Positions 58,201 to 64,000 of a DNA stretch of 64,000 bases are shown piece after piece (position 1 is the stretch's first letter; every line of letters begins with the position of its first letter). The notes beneath the pieces were generated by a model, which was not told where the DNA came from, made no database searches, and worked only from the letters and a program-made list of their open reading frames with translations. A program made the position numbers and the translations under genes. The stretch spans positions 1-64,000 of the IMG/VR virus record IMGVR_UViG_3300032242_002041; one strand, 5' to 3'.

Positions 58201-58952
58201 AAGTTGACGAATTTATTTCCGGCTAATGCCATCAAACTATATCTTTCTGCCAAGGTTAACTCTGGATTGTTAAAATCATAGTCCTTGTTTATTACTTTAT
58301 TTTGATACGCACCACTGGGTACGTTTTTTTTATTACTGTCTAGCCAAGTATTATACACATAATAAAACTTTGAGTCAATATCAAATTGGTACTTTTTTAA
58401 TACAGAATCAAATGTAGCTTCGTTTTCCAATAACGCAGAAACATTTATATGTTGAGTGCCAACAGTTTGTTTACGAATATGATCAACAGCAACACAATAC
58501 ATAGAGTAATTGACTTTTACTATAGGATCGATAATTTTTGATGCTAATACATTAAAATTTATATCAACTGTTGTTGTTTTATCAATGTTGCTTGCAACTA
58601 CAAACGGTAACGCAATATCGTCGGCTACTATGTCTATTGTAAAATTATCAAACAGGTCAGTGGTATAGTAATGACTTTTGAACCATTGGTGATTTGGCAA
58701 AGAACAATACTCATCCAGTTCAGATGATAATTCTTGAATGTTAACATGGTCTAAGTAATCAGCGTTGGCAATCTTGTCAATATTTTTAGCTGTAGCCCAG
58801 TTAACTTTTGAAAAATCTGTACCAGTTTTGCCATTACTTTCTATGGCAGTATACTTTATGTTGACAACTGATTCAGGCGAGCCAAGCGATTTAAGATATA
58901 AAATCATATCGCCACCTGCTCCACCACTCCATCGTAAAATCTTGGCCGCCAT
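58194..58952 (-). CDS. Hypothetical protein with Gly-rich N-terminal loop (possible sulfotransferase/P-loop-like)
   Basis: ILRWSGGAGGDMI and KSH motifs; AT-rich DNA. Confidence 0.45.
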   Translation of the reverse strand: MAAKILRWSGGAGGDMILYLKSLGSPESVVNIKYTAIESNGKTGTDFSKVNWATAKNIDKIANADYLDHVNIQELSSELDEYCSLPNHQWFKSHYYTTDLFDNFTIDIVADDIALPFVVASNIDKTTTVDINFNVLASKIIDPIVKVNYSMYCVAVDHIRKQTVGTQHINVSALLENEATFDSVLKKYQFDIDSKFYYVYNTWLDSNKKNVPSGAYQNKVINKDYDFNNPELTLAERYSLMALAGNKFVNLC

Positions 58953-59488
58953 TATTTCTTCCTAACAATTACAATAGAATTGTTAATTTGTTGTCCGTTG
59001 GTTTTTTCTAATACATTTTTATATGTTGTAGTAAGCCTATTAAAATGGACACGGACAAACGGTACAGTACAAATCACTTGGCCGCCTGCTGGTACATACT
59101 CTAACAACTGATCTAAATTATCAACTAGCTGATCCACTGTTTGGTGGTGTACCCAATAATCGCTGTGTAGTATGACTAGATTTGTTGACAATAGCTTATT
59201 CAGAACAAGACGGTACAGTGCTGGGTTCTCGGGCTCTACAAATAGAGTTGACTTGTGAAATTCTAAATTGGCATTTTTAAACATTTTAAGCTCAAGGTAT
59301 GTGGCATCAAAATCTAAACGCCAACTTCCGCTAAACATAAAAGTTGTTTTCCCGGGTAATATCATATTTTTAACACAGTCAAGCACATCTGTATCTATAG
59401 GATAAGATAAAAATTTACAACGATTTGCCAACGTACCTGGATCGTCAAGTAATTTAGATTCTGTTACATAAGAATTAACAATATTCAT
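58952..59488 (-). CDS. Hypothetical protein, possibly a degenerate Rossmann methyltransferase-like fold
   Basis: The ATG at 59488 overlaps the upstream stop. Contains LLEYVPAGGQVICT. Confidence 0.5.
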   Translation of the reverse strand: MNIVNSYVTESKLLDDPGTLANRCKFLSYPIDTDVLDCVKNMILPGKTTFMFSGSWRLDFDATYLELKMFKNANLEFHKSTLFVEPENPALYRLVLNKLLSTNLVILHSDYWVHHQTVDQLVDNLDQLLEYVPAGGQVICTVPFVRVHFNRLTTTYKNVLEKTNGQQINNSIVIVRKK

Positions 59489-59973
59489 TGTGCAACCCTT
59501 AGATGAAATCGTGTCAATGGATGTATCCAATTAAACTTGTTGCCAAAATCAAGTCCACATGGTTGGTATTGTTCAACTGTTGCGTTTATGTTTTTGGTAA
59601 TAAATTGCTCAATAGCAGTGTCATAGTCAGCAGACAACGTGGAATCATAGCAGTTGGCCTGTGCCACATACTTGTTCAGTGACAGATAAATTAAGGATCC
59701 TGGAAGCATTTGATTTTTTATTATACCATTGATGTTGGAAACAAGATCGTCAAAATTAAATTCTTGTAACTGTATATAGATACAAAAATCTACCGGTTCT
59801 GAATCTACAAATTCAACAAAGTCAGCAAAGTAATCAATCGCGCCTATTGCTAACGCTTGTTTATAATTGCCACGATTGATTATATCTATCAAGTCTTGAT
59901 CCTGCTGTATACGGCACTGGCCTTCAAATAAACTCAATTGACCATCGCGGTCTGGTCTAGGATATGTCGACAT
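59485..59973 (-). CDS. Hypothetical protein
   Basis: 162-aa ORF overlapping the end of gp46; contains MLPGSLIYLS. Confidence 0.55.
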   Translation of the reverse strand: MSTYPRPDRDGQLSLFEGQCRIQQDQDLIDIINRGNYKQALAIGAIDYFADFVEFVDSEPVDFCIYIQLQEFNFDDLVSNINGIIKNQMLPGSLIYLSLNKYVAQANCYDSTLSADYDTAIEQFITKNINATVEQYQPCGLDFGNKFNWIHPLTRFHLRVAQ

Positions 59974-61720
59974 CGGTGTTATAACTTGTAAATCCGTTTT
60001 CTTTGACCACTTTGAGAATATTTTCTACTCGTCCAGCAAGTTCATCTCTATGACTTACTAGCCAAATTGACTTGTGTCGTTCGCGGCTCATCTGTTTTAA
60101 CAAGGCCAACGCACTCTCTACACCAGCAGTATCGAGTCCGTTGTCAATCATTTCGTCTATAAACAGGAGATTAATTGGCTGGTATAAACTTTCAAATACA
60201 TCACGGAATGCCCACGACATACTCAGAATTAGTCGATTACGTTCACCGCGGCTTAGGTTATCAAAGTCCAACTCACGACCTAGCTCTTCAATACCAACGG
60301 TTAAGTCGTTTTGGAATACCACAGTATGCGGCAAGCCCACGCGATCCAAGTAGTGTGTTAGTCTAGCATTTAGATAGCTAAGATTTTGTTCAATAATCTT
60401 CTTACGGATGAAACTGTCTTTGCTTGTGAGCAGTTTGAGTAGGAACTCTTGATGTTCTTGCAAGCGAGTAAGTTCATTAAGTGTGTCATATGAGACCTCC
60501 TGTAAGGCTTGTTGTTGCATTTCTTCAATCTGTTCTGCATAAGGATCTGTTTCCACTTGCTTTGTGGCAATCTGTTGCTCCAAGCTAGTTAATGTAGCTT
60601 GATGTTGAATAGCATCACTCTCTTTGTCATAGAACATCTTGGGCGGCTTACCTAACGTGCCCAAGGCCGTGTGGGCAGTCTCCAGCTCTGATAGGAGGGT
60701 GCTGTAAGTTGTGCCGCTCTCTCGAGCCGTTGCCAGATCACTCTGTTTCGCTTCCATAACCTGTTGGTGCTTACTATCGTGGAAGGGCTGACCACACGTA
60801 TGACATTCATGGTTAGCGAGCGTTTCAATTTCCTTAGATAGTTTGGCGACCAACTTGTCCTCCCGGCCGATGTCCAGTTTGACTCGTGCGATCTGACTCG
60901 ATAGTTCGTTGATATCCTTTCGCTTTTGATCCCACTCCTTGTGATCTTTATGCGCTTGGATCTCCACTGCAATGTCAATTGCCTGTAACGATTGTAAGGC
61001 TTTCTCAAGTTCTTTGATATCTTCGCCATGTTTAGTAGCCCATAATCCTTGTCTACGTTTAAGACTGTCTATTTGTTCTTCGATGCGTTTATTGGCTTCC
61101 TGTATTGCACGAATACGAAATTCTTCTTGCGTAATTCCGTCTTTGGTTTGTTTGTTGAGCTCTTTAATTCGGTCAGCACGTTCACTTAGCATGGTAATGC
61201 CAAGCAATTGCTCAATTATGGTACGCTGATCGTTGGCTTTAAGACTTAAAAATGGTTCAGTATAAGTGTTTAACGCCATGATATGTTTGAACATATCGTG
61301 ACTAAGTCCCAAGGTAGCTTCAATTGACTCTTGCGTTTCTCTTGAATCACCTTGTGCTTCGTCAGTAATGACTTGTTCTTGATTGTTTACATAGAATTTT
61401 AAAATATTGGGTTTACGACCACGCTCAATTTTATAAGTTTGATTTCCAGCTACAAAATCTAAACTGACCAACATGCCCTTGCCGTTGGTCTTATTAACCA
61501 GATTGTCTTTGCGAATATTGCTTAGTGCCTGGCCGTATAATGCATAACTCAGGGCATTTATAATAGTAGTCTTACCAGTACCATTGCGACTACCATCACC
61601 ACCTAGGTCCAAATTTTCTCCTAGTACAAGAGTCAGGTCGGTGCGATCAAAATCAATAGCCTGTGTGGTATTGCCTACACTCATAAAGTTTTTTACAGTA
61701 AGATTTTTAATTTGTATCAT
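59957..61720 (-). CDS. Recombination endonuclease ATPase subunit (gp46/SbcC/Rad50-like)
   Basis: KNFMSVGN, NGTGKTT, CHTCGQ zinc hook, LSRGE signature, FIDE and VSH motifs. Confidence 0.96.
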   Translation of the reverse strand: MIQIKNLTVKNFMSVGNTTQAIDFDRTDLTLVLGENLDLGGDGSRNGTGKTTIINALSYALYGQALSNIRKDNLVNKTNGKGMLVSLDFVAGNQTYKIERGRKPNILKFYVNNQEQVITDEAQGDSRETQESIEATLGLSHDMFKHIMALNTYTEPFLSLKANDQRTIIEQLLGITMLSERADRIKELNKQTKDGITQEEFRIRAIQEANKRIEEQIDSLKRRQGLWATKHGEDIKELEKALQSLQAIDIAVEIQAHKDHKEWDQKRKDINELSSQIARVKLDIGREDKLVAKLSKEIETLANHECHTCGQPFHDSKHQQVMEAKQSDLATARESGTTYSTLLSELETAHTALGTLGKPPKMFYDKESDAIQHQATLTSLEQQIATKQVETDPYAEQIEEMQQQALQEVSYDTLNELTRLQEHQEFLLKLLTSKDSFIRKKIIEQNLSYLNARLTHYLDRVGLPHTVVFQNDLTVGIEELGRELDFDNLSRGERNRLILSMSWAFRDVFESLYQPINLLFIDEMIDNGLDTAGVESALALLKQMSRERHKSIWLVSHRDELAGRVENILKVVKENGFTSYNTDVDIS

Positions 61721-63222
61721 AGATTCTTATTATACACGTATCCCATGGCTTTTGCAATCTCAAAATGGTTTTCTGAAAAGTTTTCATTTCTAATTTGATC
61801 AAACCATCTAACTCGATTATTAAACTTAGCACCATCGCTGTCTGGTAGCGTTTTTATAATTTCCAATACCTTTTGTATTTCGTTCCAGGGATGGTCTTTG
61901 AATTTGTTAAACATTAATTCCTTAGCGTCTTTGGTTAAATTATTCAATTCAACACCAGGGCCACGCACATGACTAACAAATAACGGAAACCCGTGTTGTT
62001 GTGCCCAGTTGTATACTTGATCAATGTAATACACGTTCATAATACTGATGGTAGGCATAATACTGATAGAAAGATTTGGTAAATTTAATTCTTTGATTCT
62101 GAGAATATTTGCCTCAACATCTTTCCAACTGCCGCCTCGTTGTAACTCAAACTGTTTTTCAACAGCATCAATACTAAAATGTATATCAACCAATTTAAAA
62201 TCTGGCCAGTAAGGTAATAACTGTTCGGGCCATATAGACCCGTTACTGTTATAGTGCAATCTGATATGCGTGGAGTGCCCTTGATCAACAGCTAGCTCTA
62301 GCACTTTTTTAAATTTTTTTATTAAAAATGGTTCGCCGCCAAACATGTCAATGTTTTGAATTCTTGGAAGCAACTCAACCATTTGATTAATAAAACTATC
62401 ACTTTCACTCCAGTTGTCTTGTAAAACCAGCGGGATTCCTTGATACTTGTGTTCCTCTAATGCAAACAGTGAGCTGCTCTCGCCGTTGCATACACGACAT
62501 TTAAAATTGCAAGTGTTATTAAACTTAAGATCAATGGTTGATATTTCAGGATCATCCAAAAACTTAGTTAAAAAATCTTTTTTTGTACGTTTTATATTAT
62601 GCATACGTATTGAAGTTAAGTTTTTATCTTCAACTTTCCAACAGGAGCTACATTCTGCTGGTTTCCTGCCAGCTAAGAATTCTGCCCGCAATTGTGTTGC
62701 AACCTCACTGTGAAATGCCTGTTCCAGCGTTGTAGTTTTAATATTGCCCAAACTTAAATTTTTGATCATACAACAAGGTGTAATATCACCAGTTGAACGG
62801 ATTTCTAAATTGGTCCAGGGTATTGAGCAAATAGTATCGGGCAGCATATTTGAATCAACCACTTTGTGGGTAGGACCAAGAGCAACTTCTTGAAATCCAA
62901 CAGGAATTGGATCTGTTGAAAACTGCCGGCACGATGATGCCACTAGATCCTTTAATTCAGCAGGACCGCAGATTAATATAAACCAGTTGCTAATATCAAT
63001 AAAGTTAATTGTTTCATACAGATTTTGCAAGAACTGCTCAGATAGGTGTTGCGAAGTGTAAAATACAATACGATCGTCGGCATTGTAACTCTCTTGATAT
63101 ACACTGTCTAGTGCTTTAAACAATCCATTAGGAGTGGCTGATAGCTTTCCTAAATCGTGTATCAGCTTGACATTAAATTTTTCTTTCAGTTGACTTTCGA
63201 GATCATCCGGCGAAATAATCAT
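61717..63222 (-). CDS. Radical SAM enzyme with upstream SPASM/twitch-like domain
   Basis: CSIPW...PCC...CSSCW followed by CNFKCRVC, FGGEPF and FSID. Confidence 0.9.
   Translation of the reverse strand: MIISPDDLESQLKEKFNVKLIHDLGKLSATPNGLFKALDSVYQESYNADDRIVFYTSQHLSEQFLQNLYETINFIDISNWFILICGPAELKDLVASSCRQFSTDPIPVGFQEVALGPTHKVVDSNMLPDTICSIPWTNLEIRSTGDITPCCMIKNLSLGNIKTTTLEQAFHSEVATQLRAEFLAGRKPAECSSCWKVEDKNLTSIRMHNIKRTKKDFLTKFLDDPEISTIDLKFNNTCNFKCRVCNGESSSLFALEEHKYQGIPLVLQDNWSESDSFINQMVELLPRIQNIDMFGGEPFLIKKFKKVLELAVDQGHSTHIRLHYNSNGSIWPEQLLPYWPDFKLVDIHFSIDAVEKQFELQRGGSWKDVEANILRIKELNLPNLSISIMPTISIMNVYYIDQVYNWAQQHGFPLFVSHVRGPGVELNNLTKDAKELMFNKFKDHPWNEIQKVLEIIKTLPDSDGAKFNNRVRWFDQIRNENFSENHFEIAKAMGYVYNKNL
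61729..61757 (-). promoter_or_regulatory. Sigma70-like promoter TTGCAA-17-TATAAT for gp46, embedded in the radical SAM 3' end
   Basis: The -10 box lies 8 nt before the gp46 ATG. Confidence 0.55.
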
Positions 63223-64000
63223 AGGCTCTGATATATTTTTAACAGTAGTTTAGGATCGTAAAACTCTGATTCAATGTTGGTAATCTGATCTGTGACAATC
63301 TGATCCACACTTTCAAACTTAATTTCGCCAGGCGCAAGATCTAAATCCACAGCGGTGCTCTTAATAGGCAACAGGGCCATTTCACGTAGGTTATAGTCTT
63401 TGATGAATGTTTCTTTGATAAAGTTGGCTTCTTCATAGCTGATATCAATGTCTAGTTCTACACGCACATGCATATTGGGTCGAAATATATTGGCACCGTT
63501 GTCAATGGCTTCACTTAACTTCATAACTCGATACAATGGTTGTCCTGGCCAAGCAAAGTATTGCTGTTCTTGCCCCCACTCCAGAACCATCATACCACGA
63601 TTAGCATCGCCAGCATCGGCAAAGTTGTGTGGAAAGCAGTTGCCAATATAGTTGATGTTCTTTTTCTGTTGACGCAAATGGAAGTGCCCGGAGTACACAC
63701 TTTCGACTCCGGTAAAGTTTTCTACTTTGATCTCACCGTGGTCTGGCATTTCTACCATGGCATTCATCTTAAAGTGCGGTAGCTCAAAGTGTCCAAACAT
63801 ATATTTTGCTGACATTTTAGCTAATTTTTTATGATCATCTCCAACCAACCAAGGAGCAATGATAACATCATCCTGTTTAAACCAGTCGTTGACCACAGTA
63901 ATATTGGGCAAGTGTTGTGCCCATTCTGCGCCGTGAATATCACGTTTATCTCTATAGTAAAGATCGTGATTGCCCGGAATAAAGTAAAATTGTTCAAACG
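63219..64000 (-). CDS. Recombination endonuclease nuclease subunit (gp47/SbcD/Mre11-like), 5'-truncated
   Basis: The frame is open to the window edge and includes IPGNHD, FGHFE and SGHFH. Confidence 0.93.
   Translation of the reverse strand, partial: FEQFYFIPGNHDLYYRDKRDIHGAEWAQHLPNITVVNDWFKQDDVIIAPWLVGDDHKKLAKMSAKYMFGHFELPHFKMNAMVEMPDHGEIKVENFTGVESVYSGHFHLRQQKKNINYIGNCFPHNFADAGDANRGMMVLEWGQEQQYFAWPGQPLYRVMKLSEAIDNGANIFRPNMHVRVELDIDISYEEANFIKETFIKDYNLREMALLPIKSTAVDLDLAPGEIKFESVDQIVTDQITNIESEFYDPKLLLKIYQSL

Noticed and set aside
1-64000. Alternative genetic code (stop reassignment)
   Set aside because: Core genes are full length in the standard code, and TAA, TAG and TGA all end genes at sensible positions.

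Overview
A 64-kb segment of a large T4-like (myovirus) phage genome in the standard genetic code, probably an uncultured environmental lineage. It holds the virion morphogenesis region, mostly on the minus strand. Head genes: portal, core, protease, scaffold, major capsid and internal head proteins. Neck and tail genes: gp13/14/15, a very large sheath, tube and tube paralogue, head completion nuclease, tape-measure/lysozyme and hub chaperones. About 25 kb encodes giant Ser/Thr/Gly-rich repeat fibres and small adhesin-like proteins. Also present: dNMP kinase, an exonuclease, NUDIX, pirin, a TPR-glycosyltransferase, two homing endonucleases, gp46/gp47 and radical SAM genes. Most interesting: (1) a ~420-nt densely structured non-coding RNA directly behind a minimal GIY-YIG nuclease gene; (2) a candidate -1 frameshift (T TTT TTC) fusing the hub/tail-chaperone ORFs next to the tape measure gene; (3) a three-gene unit with an aminoacyl-tRNA transferase-like GNAT; (4) recurrent terminal docking motifs that suggest a branched modular fibre network; (5) structured 5' leaders, one of them cloverleaf-like; (6) widespread leaderless transcripts and an apparent ATC start for gp15. 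All assignments come from motif recognition by eye; no searches or folding programs were run.
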